Source: a virus
Lineage: Duplodnaviria > Caudoviricetes
Reading direction: 5' to 3' (one strand)
Virus record (IMG/VR): IMGVR_UViG_3300012952_003952
Span: 128,001 to 192,000 of that record
DNA: 64,000 bases
In this document: positions 18,705-30,200 of the stretch, piece after piece
How positions within the stretch are numbered: position 1 is the first letter of the stretch
Layout: every line of letters starts with the position of its first letter
Made by a program: the position numbers and the translations under genes
The notes under the pieces: model-generated
The model's database searches: none
The model's input: only the letters and a program-made list of their open reading frames with translations
Told to the model about the DNA's origin: nothing

Positions 18705-21700
18705 ATGGCTGAACAGACCTTCCGTTCTCCAGGGTTTTTTGAACAAGAGATAGATCTTTCGCAGAGAGAGAAGGCTCCTAATGGTACCCCTGCAGGTATT
18801 ATTGGAACCGCTGAAAAAGGACCGGCCTTCGTGCCAGTTACCGTAGGTTCTTTTGCAGATTTCGAAACGAGATTTGGAACACTTGACTCAAACCGTTATG
18901 GTCCCTATGCAGTAAGAGAATATTTAAAAAATAAAGATGCAGTAACTTATCTTCGCGTTTTAGGCGCGGGATCTAATGATACCAGTGCAGAGATAAGCAA
19001 CACAGAAAATTATGGATATGTATCCAAAGCAGGATTCATAGTTTCCGGATCGGCCATCGGCGGATTCAAGGGAGACGTTACCCGAAATGACTTTAGAGAT
19101 AGGGGATACGTGCAATTCCTTTGCGCAAGACATTATCTTTCAGCCTCTGAAGCGAATGTTGGATATCCTATTTTCGATGATAATGATTCATTCCCAGATT
19201 TGAACAAAGCCGCGACTCGTAAAGACTCAACAAACGTAGTTAACTTAGTACGCGGAATGATTTTGCCAACAACTGGCTCTAGAGTCTTAGTTTGTGGATG
19301 GGATCATGAGCTTAAAGCAACTAGCGTCCCAAGAGCAGACGTCGCGTCACGAAATGACAACAAGACTTCTGCTGCCTACAACACCTTTAAGATAATAATT
19401 TCATCTTCTGCGGGTACAGGCTTTGCCAACGATGACAATTTACCGGGCTTGAGAATCTATAGTGCTTCTCTAGATCCAAATAACCAAAATTACATTGGAA
19501 AAGTTTTAAATACTGATCCATGGAAATTCCAAGAGAAGCAACACCTTCTTTGGGCTGATTTCCCCGTAGAGCACGAAGTCGCTCCAGTTTCAAATGTCAG
19601 CGGTTCGATTGGAATCAGTTCCGGATCTGCTGCTACTGCTACTGGAACAAACGCTGTCGATGAGCCGTGGAGAACTTCTTTTGGAAGATTTGACACTAGA
19701 TACCAAACACCACAAACGCCTGCGATTATATCACAGCCTTTCGGTAACCTCGAGTATGACTTGTTCCACTTTGAGTCTTTGTCTGATGGTGCATATGCAA
19801 ACTCTAAACTGAAAGTGTCTATTGCCAATGTCCGGGCCTCTACTGATGAATCTAACCCATACGGAACATTCGAAGTTCAGCTTAGAAAATTCGATGACAC
19901 CGACATGGCTAGAGAGATCGTAGAGCAGTATCCAGAATGTACTCTAGATCCAAATGATGATCGCTTCATCGGCCGCCAAATTGGAGATAAGAAAGTTTAT
20001 TTCGACTTTGATGCAGACGATCCAGAAGAGCGCAGGCTCGTAATGGGCGGAAAATATCCAAATGTATCTGCGAACATTAGAGTAGTAATAAATGACGCAG
20101 TCTACAGAGGCGATGTACCAAAAGAATCTGTTCCATTCGGTTTCCGTGGAATTCCAGTCTTAAAGACCACTGATAGTTTTACAGATCTTTCTGATAAGCT
20201 TATCACTGGCTGGGAAGGCGATGATATTGGATCTTCTGGAACTAGAACAGCTCTAGTCACCGGTGATCATGGTAGTGGTTCTTGGGGACACGGTCTTACT
20301 GGATCTATCCTTCCACCACTTCCCTACAGGTTCAAGTGCACTAGAGGACTAGTAAAAGCTTCTCCAAGCTTCTCCGGAGAGCCTGGCAAGAATGAAAGAG
20401 CAGACTCAAGACTATATTGGGGCTCAATGCCCACAAGAGTACCACTGACAGGATCAGTTACTTCCGCCTGCTTAGACGCAAACGTTGGAAGTACGGTAAA
20501 CGAACTCGTTAGAGGTTATACTACCTTCCAGGGTATCGTGAAACTAGATAACTTAGTTACTGGCTCCGGTGCAGATGCTTTCAATAACAATAAGTTCACG
20601 CTAGCAAGAGTGGCACTTTACAATACTGAAACTAACCTAAGCAAAATCACGGGTTCTGCTGCAGAGCATATGTTAGATGCCGCTTATATAAGAAATGGAA
20701 TCTATAGTGCCACTGATTATACCATCAGCGATGGTGTCCGGGCTGGAAGGTTGACGTTGGCGACTCTAGTTAACTCTAGTTCTATTAAGTTCAATCGATT
20801 CCAAGATTATGCTAAGTTTACTATGCCATTCTTCGGTGGATTCGACGGGTTAAACGTTCTAGACAAAGATAGTGCTTTAATGAACGACCGTTCAGCTTCT
20901 ACTGATCCTAAGGGATTAGCTGGAGACGATCCTCCCGGAGGAGGCCTCGGACTGGCAAACACTGAAAATGGTGGAATGTCCGGAAGAGATAGACAAAACA
21001 ACGCAGTTTTCTCTTACAGAAAAGCTGTTGAAATAATGACTGATCCAATGATTGTTAACACTAACATCTTGGCCGTTCCAGGCATTAGAGATCCATACAT
21101 CACAGACTTAGCTTCAGATAGAACAAGAGATTATTCTATGGCTATATACCTCATGGATATTCAACACTACGACGAAGATGAAAACAGACTCTATAATTCT
21201 GATTCTGCAAAGAGAGATGTTAGAGAAACTGCTGAGCAGTTCGAAAGCCGTAGAGTTAATAACAACTATGTCGCTACATACTTCCCAGATGTTTATATTG
21301 ATGATCCAATCAACAATAGATCTGTACAAGTTCCATCTTCCGTAGTTGCTCTTGGAGCTTTGGGTTACAACGATACTGTTTCTTATCCTTGGTTCGCACC
21401 TGCTGGATTCAACAGAGGCGCGCTAGATAATGTTAGAAACACAGTTGTAAGACTAACGGCTGGAGACCGAGACGAGTTGTATGACGCTAGAATTAATCCA
21501 ATTGCGAACTTCCCAAGTGGCGGATTCGTTATCTTTGGACAAAAGACACTACAACTCGCGAAAAGCGCTCTAGACAGAGTAAACGTTCGCAGAATGTTGC
21601 TGGAAGTCAAGAGACTCGTTGTACAAGTCGCAGATCGACTGCTCTTCGAGCCGAATACACCAGCCACAAGAGCTAAGTTTACTTCGCAAGTAGCACCAAT

Positions 21701-21887
21701 CCTTGCTTTAGTGCAATCTCAAGCAGGTATAGAAAAATTCGCGGTTGTTATGGATGACACCAATAATACAGCGGAAGATATTGAATCAAATAGACTAAAT
21801 GGTAGAATCGTCGTCGTACCTACGAGATCTATCGAATTCATCGCTATCGACTTTATCATCACAAATAGTGGCGTGTTGTTCTTGTAG
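18705..21887 (+). CDS. tail sheath protein 1
   Basis: N-terminal SPGFFEQEIDLS; C-terminal WFAPAGFNRG, RINPI, FGQKTLQ, DRVNVRR, FEPN and IEFIAIDF. Confidence 0.92.
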   Translation: MAEQTFRSPGFFEQEIDLSQREKAPNGTPAGIIGTAEKGPAFVPVTVGSFADFETRFGTLDSNRYGPYAVREYLKNKDAVTYLRVLGAGSNDTSAEISNTENYGYVSKAGFIVSGSAIGGFKGDVTRNDFRDRGYVQFLCARHYLSASEANVGYPIFDDNDSFPDLNKAATRKDSTNVVNLVRGMILPTTGSRVLVCGWDHELKATSVPRADVASRNDNKTSAAYNTFKIIISSSAGTGFANDDNLPGLRIYSASLDPNNQNYIGKVLNTDPWKFQEKQHLLWADFPVEHEVAPVSNVSGSIGISSGSAATATGTNAVDEPWRTSFGRFDTRYQTPQTPAIISQPFGNLEYDLFHFESLSDGAYANSKLKVSIANVRASTDESNPYGTFEVQLRKFDDTDMAREIVEQYPECTLDPNDDRFIGRQIGDKKVYFDFDADDPEERRLVMGGKYPNVSANIRVVINDAVYRGDVPKESVPFGFRGIPVLKTTDSFTDLSDKLITGWEGDDIGSSGTRTALVTGDHGSGSWGHGLTGSILPPLPYRFKCTRGLVKASPSFSGEPGKNERADSRLYWGSMPTRVPLTGSVTSACLDANVGSTVNELVRGYTTFQGIVKLDNLVTGSGADAFNNNKFTLARVALYNTETNLSKITGSAAEHMLDAAYIRNGIYSATDYTISDGVRAGRLTLATLVNSSSIKFNRFQDYAKFTMPFFGGFDGLNVLDKDSALMNDRSASTDPKGLAGDDPPGGGLGLANTENGGMSGRDRQNNAVFSYRKAVEIMTDPMIVNTNILAVPGIRDPYITDLASDRTRDYSMAIYLMDIQHYDEDENRLYNSDSAKRDVRETAEQFESRRVNNNYVATYFPDVYIDDPINNRSVQVPSSVVALGALGYNDTVSYPWFAPAGFNRGALDNVRNTVVRLTAGDRDELYDARINPIANFPSGGFVIFGQKTLQLAKSALDRVNVRRMLLEVKRLVVQVADRLLFEPNTPATRAKFTSQVAPILALVQSQAGIEKFAVVMDDTNNTAEDIESNRLNGRIVVVPTRSIEFIAIDFIITNSGVLFL

Positions 21888-21928
21888 TGAATAATTACTG
21901 GTAATAGAAATTTTAGGAGCATAAATAA

Positions 21929-24900
21929 ATGGCTGAATTAACTTTTAAAAGTCCAGGGGTATCAACTAGGGAGATAGATCTTTCTGGTCCCACTTCGGTT
22001 GCACCCCAGGGAACCCCAGCAGGAATAATCGCTACAGCGAACCAAGGACCTGCCTTCGTTCCTGTAACTGTGGCGACTTATCAAGACTTCGTTGCTACTT
22101 TTGGACAGTCAAACGGTGAAATGTTTGGTCCGCTAGCAATGAATGAGAGGATGAGAAACGCAAAAGCGGGAACCTATTTAAGGGTTCTTGGTGTAGGAGA
22201 CGGTAAAAAGAGGCTTACTTCTGATTCTACCGACGCAGCTGGAGCCAACATCTATGCGGGAGCAGTTAAAAATGCTGGCTTCATTGTTGGCCAAAAGCAG
22301 GTTAACGACAAAGGTAGCTTAGCAACCAACCCGTTCGCATATGATTACGGCTTGTCAGGCGCAACCTACATGTTGGGATGTTTGATGTCAGAATCTAACG
22401 GTTCTTCAATCTTCTCAGATGCGGGATTACAGCATAAGACGAAAGCTCATAAAAACGCTGGATCAAAAGCGATCCCAATTTTGCGAGCTGTAGTGATGGT
22501 AGCATCTGGAGTTACTATTGGTCTATCTGGAAACCTTGATGGAAATCTCAACACGGTAGTGACAGCTTCTACTGCTGGATCTACTGGAATATTCTCTGCA
22601 TCTGCAGATGGAGGATACAGTTGGGGAGAAATCGATGTGCAATCGGCAAACCATTATAACTTTATAATGTTGTTGAATGGCCATAAGAGTACAGCCCAGT
22701 ATCCCAACACGATTACCGCTTCCATGTCACCATGGAGTCCATCCTATTTTACTAACGTGTTCAACACAGACCCAACGAAGATCCAAGATGCTGGTTACTG
22801 TATGTATGCCCACTATGACATCGCTCCTACCATGGCGGTTGTTACAGGCTCTGGTATCGTTTCGACGACTCACTGGTCTGGATCATACTCAGCTCAAAAT
22901 ACTGAGCCGGCTATATTCGCTTTCACGTCTTCTATGGGCCCTAACGCCGGAAGCACCACGAAGCCAAACTATGAAAACTTTAGTGACAGGTTCCGTACAG
23001 CGAAAAGCCCTTGGGTTGTATCTCAACAGTACGGTGGCCAAAACAGAGACTTGTTTAAACTGCATTGTCTAGATGATGGCGCTTATCCAAATACACTCAC
23101 AAAAATCTCGATTAGTAACTACAAGAAAGCAGAAAAAGATACTGATTATGGTACTTTCGACCTGATGGTAAGAGCGTTTGGAGATACGGACAGCGAGCCT
23201 GAAATTCTTGAATCTTATATGGGAGTAGATCTCAACCCAGGATCTGACAACTATATCGCTCGTCGAATTGGCGATATTCATCGATATTTTGACTTCGACC
23301 ATGCTGCTGCTAGCCAAAAACTTGTAGTGGAGGGAACACACCCGAATATGAGCAAGTACGTTAGAGTTCAAATGCACGGAGAGCTAGAAGCTGGAAACAT
23401 TTCAACCACAGCTCTTCCAGTTGGATACAGAGGTCCTCACCACTTAGTTACTTCTGGTTCGAGTATTTTCAATGGAGGGTATCCCAACCATCCGACCGTT
23501 ACCGGATCTAATGCAGATAGCGGTTTTCATCACGTGAAAGCTAAAAACTCGATTATCGGTGAAACTGCTATTGCTGCAATGGTAGAACCTCCAATTCCGT
23601 ACAGACTCTGCATCTCTAACAATAAAGGAGACAAGAGGACTGCTAACTCAAGCTACTATTGGGGAGTTCAATTTACTAAACAGGACAAACTTTACAACAA
23701 TGATAGTAACTCAAGCAGGATTCTTGATCCCTCTTTAGCTTCTTACACTAAATACTATCCAGTGTTTGCCACTGGCCAGCGCTCTGTTTCGGTTGGAGAC
23801 AACGCTGGAACAGTAGACAGCTCAGGTACTGTTCTAGATTCAGACAAGTTCAATAATAACCTTTTCACTCTAGAAAAAGTACAAGTTCATACCAAGTCGG
23901 CATCTGAAGATAAGGTTGATTCTAAAGAGTGGGCTTTCGCAGTTTATCGAAGAAACGGCGTCTTGTCTTCTTCGCTGATGAAATCTGACGGAACATATAC
24001 CCAGGGAAGATTCTTAAATGTATCTAAAGACTTTGGAGATATTGCTTCTCGTAAGTACATGAAATTCACATTCTTCATGCAGGGAGGATTCGATGGAGTC
24101 AACATCTTTAACAAAGATAAAGCACAGCTCCTAAATGCTGCCGCAATGAGAGAGATGGATGATGAAAGCCAAGGATTTTCATCCGGTCCAACTGTTGCAA
24201 CTTATAGAAAAGCAATCGACGTTATGTCCGAAAAATCAGACTCAGACATTATGCTCTTAGCGATTCCAGGTATTCGTGAAACGAACATTACTGACCACGC
24301 GATAGATCAGACTGAAGCTAGATTCGATGCCATGTATATCATGGATATCGAAGAGAGAGATACCCTGAACAACAAGGTTACTGGATCTGTAGAGGTTGTT
24401 GGAGTAAACAACACTATTACAGACTTCAAATCTAGAAATCTAGATAGTTCTTTCGCGGCGGCCTATTTCCCTGACACATATATTACAGATCCACACACCA
24501 ACACTATCGTTCGCTGTCCACCATCTGTATCAGTCATTGGAGCTATGTCTCTAAACGATAAGGTTGCATTCCCATGGTATGCACCAGCTGGTTTCACTCG
24601 AGGAGCTCTGTCTTCAACTCTCTACTCTCACGTTAAACTAAGTAGAGCTAACTTAGACACCATTTATGATGGAGACGTTAATCCGATCACAGCATTCCCA
24701 ACTTCAGATGGAGTTGTAGTCTTTGGTCAGAAAACTCTGCTTCAAGCAGCTAGCGCACTCGATAGAGTTAATGTTAGAAGGCTTTTGATTGACATTCGTA
24801 GAAAAGTCAGAAAAATTGCCGATACGTTCCTATTTGAACCTAACCGAGCAGATACTTTAGCTAGATTCTCAGCTTCAGTTAGTCCAGTACTCACCAGAAT

Positions 24901-25072
24901 TCAACAGCAACAAGGGCTTGATAAGTTCAAGGTGCTGATTGATACCACCACCACTACGCAAGCGGATGTAGAAAATAATACCATTAGAGGAAAAATATTC
25001 TTACAGCCAACCCGCAGTGTTGAATTCATCTCATTAGATTTCGTTGTTACAAATAATGGAACAGAGATTTAA
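21929..25072 (+). CDS. tail sheath protein 2
   Basis: SPGVSTREIDLS, WYAPAGFTRG, FGQKTL, DRVNVRRL, FEPN and VEFISLDF. Confidence 0.92.
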   Translation: MAELTFKSPGVSTREIDLSGPTSVAPQGTPAGIIATANQGPAFVPVTVATYQDFVATFGQSNGEMFGPLAMNERMRNAKAGTYLRVLGVGDGKKRLTSDSTDAAGANIYAGAVKNAGFIVGQKQVNDKGSLATNPFAYDYGLSGATYMLGCLMSESNGSSIFSDAGLQHKTKAHKNAGSKAIPILRAVVMVASGVTIGLSGNLDGNLNTVVTASTAGSTGIFSASADGGYSWGEIDVQSANHYNFIMLLNGHKSTAQYPNTITASMSPWSPSYFTNVFNTDPTKIQDAGYCMYAHYDIAPTMAVVTGSGIVSTTHWSGSYSAQNTEPAIFAFTSSMGPNAGSTTKPNYENFSDRFRTAKSPWVVSQQYGGQNRDLFKLHCLDDGAYPNTLTKISISNYKKAEKDTDYGTFDLMVRAFGDTDSEPEILESYMGVDLNPGSDNYIARRIGDIHRYFDFDHAAASQKLVVEGTHPNMSKYVRVQMHGELEAGNISTTALPVGYRGPHHLVTSGSSIFNGGYPNHPTVTGSNADSGFHHVKAKNSIIGETAIAAMVEPPIPYRLCISNNKGDKRTANSSYYWGVQFTKQDKLYNNDSNSSRILDPSLASYTKYYPVFATGQRSVSVGDNAGTVDSSGTVLDSDKFNNNLFTLEKVQVHTKSASEDKVDSKEWAFAVYRRNGVLSSSLMKSDGTYTQGRFLNVSKDFGDIASRKYMKFTFFMQGGFDGVNIFNKDKAQLLNAAAMREMDDESQGFSSGPTVATYRKAIDVMSEKSDSDIMLLAIPGIRETNITDHAIDQTEARFDAMYIMDIEERDTLNNKVTGSVEVVGVNNTITDFKSRNLDSSFAAAYFPDTYITDPHTNTIVRCPPSVSVIGAMSLNDKVAFPWYAPAGFTRGALSSTLYSHVKLSRANLDTIYDGDVNPITAFPTSDGVVVFGQKTLLQAASALDRVNVRRLLIDIRRKVRKIADTFLFEPNRADTLARFSASVSPVLTRIQQQQGLDKFKVLIDTTTTTQADVENNTIRGKIFLQPTRSVEFISLDFVVTNNGTEI

Positions 25073-25112
25073 TTTGCTTAATACTTATATTATACCTTAA
25101 GGAGAAAAGAAA

Positions 25113-25601
25113 ATGGCAGAAACTCTCGCAGTTCAAGATATGCTTCCAAACAAATTTGAGCCTAAAAGAAAATTTAGATGGATATTTGCTATCGAAGGAA
25201 TTGATGCTTTCCTAATGAAAACAGCATCTCGACCAAATGTTACTATTTCTGAACAAGAAATGCACTTTATCAACTCACGTCGATATCTTGCTGGAAAACT
25301 AAATTACGATGCAATAAGCGTAACTCTGTACGATCCAATCGCACCTTCTGGAGCTCAGCAGGTAATGGAATGGGTACGTACTCACTCAGAAACAGTCTCT
25401 GGCCGTTCTGGTTACGCAGATTTCTACAAGAGAGATTGCCAGCTTAAAATGCTGGATCCAGTAGGAACAGTTGTTGAACTTTGGGATCTTAAAGGTTGCT
25501 TTTTAACTAACGCAAACTTCAATGATCTAGATTATGGCGCTGAAGATCCAACCGAAATCGCGTTGACGATTCGATTCGATAATTGCGTACTTCAATACTG
25601 A
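25113..25601 (+). CDS. tail tube protein (gp19-like)
   Basis: 162 aa directly after the sheath genes; LAGKLNYDAISVTLYDP ... IALTIRFD pattern. Confidence 0.85.
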   Translation: MAETLAVQDMLPNKFEPKRKFRWIFAIEGIDAFLMKTASRPNVTISEQEMHFINSRRYLAGKLNYDAISVTLYDPIAPSGAQQVMEWVRTHSETVSGRSGYADFYKRDCQLKMLDPVGTVVELWDLKGCFLTNANFNDLDYGAEDPTEIALTIRFDNCVLQY

Positions 25602-25640
25602 TATTTTATCCATTTTCTTTTTAGTTTTGAACTGTATCAG

Positions 25641-25673
25641 CAGCCCCGTTTAAATACGGGGCTGTTTTATTTT
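25641..25673 (+). terminator. intrinsic terminator after tail tube
   Basis: CAGCCCCGT-TTAAAT-ACGGGGCTG followed by TTTTATTTT. Confidence 0.85.
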
Positions 25674-25729
25674 ACAAGCTAGAAAAATGGTAAAAATTAT
25701 AATTAAGATATCGCTTTCTAGGAGAATAA

Positions 25730-26596
25730 ATGTCTGATCAAGATAGAGCAAAAAGAAATGAAGTTTTTGGATCTTCAAATAATCCTTCTGGCCACGCTCC
25801 AGGGATCCCAAGTCGAAACGTAATGCGTGATGACTTTGGCTTTGATATTCCAGTAGATACCGTGCCTCTTCCATCAAAGGGAATAGTCTATCCAGTGGAT
25901 TCTCCAATGCATGGAAAAGAAACAGTTCAAATTAGAGCGATGACCGCAAGAGAAGAAGATATTCTGACTTCTAGAGCTCTCATTAAAAATGGTACCGTTA
26001 TTTCAGAACTTCTGAAGTCTTGTATTGTAGATGAGGGTTGGGATCCTATGGCTATGCTTACTGGAGATAGAAATGCTCTGATGACGGCTCTGAGAATTAC
26101 TGGCTATGGATCTGATTATAAGGTTGAAGTCAATTGTCCTGCTTGCGGAGAAAGATCAAAACAAGAATTTGACTTAACTTCACTTCCAATTAAAAGTTTG
26201 GAAATCGAGCCTGTTGCCTTGGGCTCGAATTTGTTTGAAGTAGAATTACCTATCACAAAAAAGAAAGCAAGGTTTAGATTTTTAGACGGCCACGCAGAGC
26301 AAGAAATATCTACAATTTCTGAAAGAAGAAAGAAGTCAGGTCAAAGGACCGATAATTTGGTTACTACAAGACTTCAGTATTCATTGATGCAAGTAGGTAA
26401 TATTACTGATAAATCTAAAATTAATCTTTTTATTAAAAATATGCCAGCTAAAGACTCTCTTTTTCTTAGAAGATACATTGATAAGAATGAGCCTGGAATA
26501 GAGATGAAAGGTTGGGTGGATTGTCCCGCCTGTTTCGAGACATCGGAGGTCAAGATGCCGCTTGGTGCGTCGTTTTTTTGGCCTGACACCGAGTGA
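25730..26596 (+). CDS. baseplate hub/tail assembly chaperone (T4 gp26-like)
   Basis: LPSKG, IRAMTAREEDIL, two CPAC motifs, C-terminal FFWP. Confidence 0.75.
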   Translation: MSDQDRAKRNEVFGSSNNPSGHAPGIPSRNVMRDDFGFDIPVDTVPLPSKGIVYPVDSPMHGKETVQIRAMTAREEDILTSRALIKNGTVISELLKSCIVDEGWDPMAMLTGDRNALMTALRITGYGSDYKVEVNCPACGERSKQEFDLTSLPIKSLEIEPVALGSNLFEVELPITKKKARFRFLDGHAEQEISTISERRKKSGQRTDNLVTTRLQYSLMQVGNITDKSKINLFIKNMPAKDSLFLRRYIDKNEPGIEMKGWVDCPACFETSEVKMPLGASFFWPDTE

Positions 26597-26831
26597 TAAA
26601 GAGATATTTTTAGAACACACTTTCTTATTGATGTATTATGCTGGGTTTGACTACTTAGCGTGCTATAATATGCCTATATGGCAAAGAGTGTGGTTTATTG
26701 AAAGAATAAACAAAGAAATAAAGAGATCTAACGGTCAATCTCACGCTGCCCACCAGAACGATCAAGGCACTAGAGAGATGATGGGTAGAGCGAGAAATCA
26801 AGTTCCGTCTAACTTAAGAAGATTTACGTGA
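26562..26831 (+). CDS. gp51-like hub-assembly ORF, probably reached by frameshift from the upstream gene
   Basis: LMYY..FDY...YNMPIWQRVWFI resembles gp51-like proteins; overlaps the gp26-like 3' end in the +1 frame; no ATG near its start. Confidence 0.6.
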   Translation: MVRRFFGLTPSDKEIFLEHTFLLMYYAGFDYLACYNMPIWQRVWFIERINKEIKRSNGQSHAAHQNDQGTREMMGRARNQVPSNLRRFT

Positions 26832-26859
26832 GGGTAATATTTATATCCAGAGGTGCAGT

Positions 26860-27120
26860 ATGTCTAATGAAAATAAAGATGGAGAAAAGAAACTTTTCGC
26901 TTCGTCTGCCGCATATATTTTAGGTCTCGGCCCAGTACAAAAGATAAAAGGTTCTGTAGTTCAAATAGAGTCATATCAAAAAGTGTTGTTGGCCTCAAGA
27001 GTTCTTTTCGAAGCTCTTAAAAATAACGAATCTTCTGAAAAGATATTTTCTTTAATCCAAGAAAAGAAAGATAGAGCTAAAGAGCTATATCTTCACACTG
27101 GATTACGCTGGCCATTTTAG
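26860..27120 (+). CDS. hypothetical protein
   Basis: GAGGT RBS and ATATTTA motif upstream. Confidence 0.6.
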   Translation: MSNENKDGEKKLFASSAAYILGLGPVQKIKGSVVQIESYQKVLLASRVLFEALKNNESSEKIFSLIQEKKDRAKELYLHTGLRWPF

Positions 27121-27203
27121 TTTTCTGACTGGACAGAATTAATAACGCAAACTTCTGTTAGAGATATTTAATACATAGGTAAACAATATCTTCGGGAAAA
27201 TAA

Positions 27204-30200
27204 GTGGCTACTGAAAAAGAATTACAAGCTCAGCTGAATATTCAGACTCAAATAAACAAAATGCTCCAAAAGCGAGCTGGTTTATTGAAAGGTGTCACGT
27301 CTGAAATAAGCGCCCAAGTCTCTATGGCGCAAGAGTTGTGTAAAGCTTTAGACTGCGAAGACCTCGACGGTATGAAAGAGCGTATGGAGGGTTTTGGCGA
27401 AGCTCTTAAACAAGCTAGAGAGGGTGCCGAAGGTGCTTCTTCTGCCACAGACCAGCTCGGAGACGCAGCAAAAAAATCAGCTAAGTCTGCAAAAAGTTTA
27501 GGCAGCGAATTAGCTGATCTATCTCCTAAAGCTGTAGCCGCAGCTTCTGCTATAGACGCTATTGGAGGAGTGAAAAATACGCTTAGCTCTGTATGGGATA
27601 CTGTCACCGGGCTCGGTAGTTCTTTAATGAATATAGGCGGATCTATATTGGGAGCTGTGTCTTCTGGAATTGGATTCTTGGCAAACGCATCAATGCAGGC
27701 AGGAAACGCTAATGTAGGTTTTGCCAATGCGATGAATAAGCTTAATGGAACCTTTGGAGAAGCGAGTGCCCAAGCTAACAATGTAAATGCTGCGTTTAAC
27801 AATCTTAAATCAGGTGGAGACGCAATGTCCCAGGCGGGGGTGAGCTTAAGGGATATTTATGGCGCCGGGCCAGATGGCCTAGCTGCTGCAATGGAAGATA
27901 TTACAGCGCTAGCTGAAGAAATGGGTACTGAATTTAATAAGCTCGGTGATGATTTTGCAAAAAATACCGGCTTATACATGAACGCATATAAAGGTTTAGG
28001 CCTCACCGGCGAAGCTATAAGCGAAATAAATAGAAGAGCTCGCTCCGAAGGAAGAGACGCTTCAGATTATCTTGCCGAACAAGCAAGATCAGTAACCATG
28101 CTATCTAGGAAATATGGACTATCTGCTAAACAGATTGGTAAAAATTTAGATGAAATGGCGAAAGACTATGAAACTTTCGGTGGATTGAGCCAAACTGAAA
28201 TGGCGGCTACTGCTGCATTCGCTGCAAAACTTGGGGTAGAGATGAAAGCTCTCCAAGGCATCACAGCTAAAACCGACGACTTTGAAGGCGCGGCCCAAGC
28301 AGCCTCAGAATTAGCTGCTTCTTTCGGTATGACCGTTGACGCTATGGAAATGATGTCTGCAGATCCTGCTGAAAAAGCTGAGATGGTCAGGCAAGCTTTC
28401 TTAGAGACTGGAAAATCTTTCGAAGACATGAGCCGCCAAGAAAAAGCTAGAATGGCTGAAATAACTGGAATGGGCGGAAAAGACCTTGCAGGGTTGTTCG
28501 ATCCAGCAAATGCAGATATAGGTTTAGATGAAATGCAAGCTGCAGCTGAAGATGCTGCAGATGGCGCCATCACTCAAGAAGAAGCTAATATGCACCTAGC
28601 TAAATCTATCACCAAGCTCACCGAAGCTTTTGGCGGTATGACCCAAGTTGGAGGTCCCTTTGATGCGTTTTTACAAGGCATCACCCAAGGTATCATGAAG
28701 TCTCCACAGATGCAAAAGATTCTTGAGAACTTCCGCGAAGTCTTAATGATTATCTTTGACGCTGGTAAACAGATTGGTAAACTCTTTATGGAGCTGTTTC
28801 CAGGCATGGACCAATTTGCTACTGGCTTAGGAGAGCTGCTTAATCCAGAACAGTGGCGCGCCGCAATGGGCGAAGTGGTAGATGCTTTTAGAGACTTCTT
28901 TAATCTTTTAGAGTCTGATCCTGAGCAAGCTATGGAGAATTTGATAGATAAGATTAAAGAGATCTTTGGTAATTTCTTCGGCGGCAATGAAGGCGCAAGC
29001 ATGATGCAAGAAGGCTTCGCGAAAATGTGGTCCGCGATCAAAGCAATCACTGGCTTCTTGGCTAAGAAACTTGCAGAAGTAATGTATGACGTAATTGTAG
29101 AGCTAGTTAAGACGCCAGAATTTAAAAAGGGTATGGCGATTCTCGGAGCCGCAATTACGGCTAAAACAGCTCTTGGATTAATATTAGGCGCAGCTAAAGC
29201 AGTTATTGCTGCTAAGCTTAAAGACATGCTGATGAAAAAATTCGCGCCTGGCTTAGCTGATGGAGCGAAACAAGCTGGCGAAGCAGCTGGCGACGCTGCA
29301 GGCGAAGGAATGTCTGAAGGCGTAGAACAACAAAAATCCATAATAGAAACGCTCAGAGATATAAAACAATCGGATATAACAAAAGCTTTTAAGATCGGCC
29401 TGTATTTAGTTGGCTTCGTTATGATAGCTATGGTTGGATTAGCTACAGCGTTTATGGTAGTTTCTAAAATTATTAGTGTACTCAGCCCGCAAGAGCTAGC
29501 TCAAGGGATCGTAGGTCTCGGAGCTGCGCTAGCTGCAACATACGTCATGATTAGACTGGCTAAAATGATGAAAGAAGCCGATATTCTTAAAGCTGGCATT
29601 GGAATGCTGGCTGCCGGCCTCATGTTCAAGATAAGCGGCAAAATGTACGCAGAGGGGCTTAGAGATATACACAGTATCTTAGAAGGTATTGATCTCATGA
29701 GAATGGTTGAAGTCATGGGTATGCTGGGAATGGCACTCTTGGCCACTTGGGGAATGATACTTTTGGGTTCATTATTGGTAGCTGATGGCGGAATGATGAT
29801 GGCTATGACTACTCTTGGTATGCTCGCAGCTGGTCTAATGTTTATGGTTACCGCACCAATATTTGGGTTAGGGTTAGTAACATTACATGATATCATGGAT
29901 GGTATTGATCTTATGAGAATGATAGAAGTCATGGGTATGTTAGGCATGGCTCTATTAGCTACATGGGGAATGATAGCAGTTGGAGCGATGCTGGGAACTG
30001 CCTTGGTTCCAATAGCTCTTGCTGTTCTTGGGTCTATTGCTGCTGGAGGATTATTTGGCGTAATGGCTGAACACATGGGCAATTCCCTAGTTCTTTTCTA
30101 CCAGACGATGTCTGGAGTAGATGGACAAAGATTATCTATCTTAATGGGAAATCTTATCGTAGCTCTCGGTGCAGTGCTCTTGTTTTTACCAGTCGCTGCC

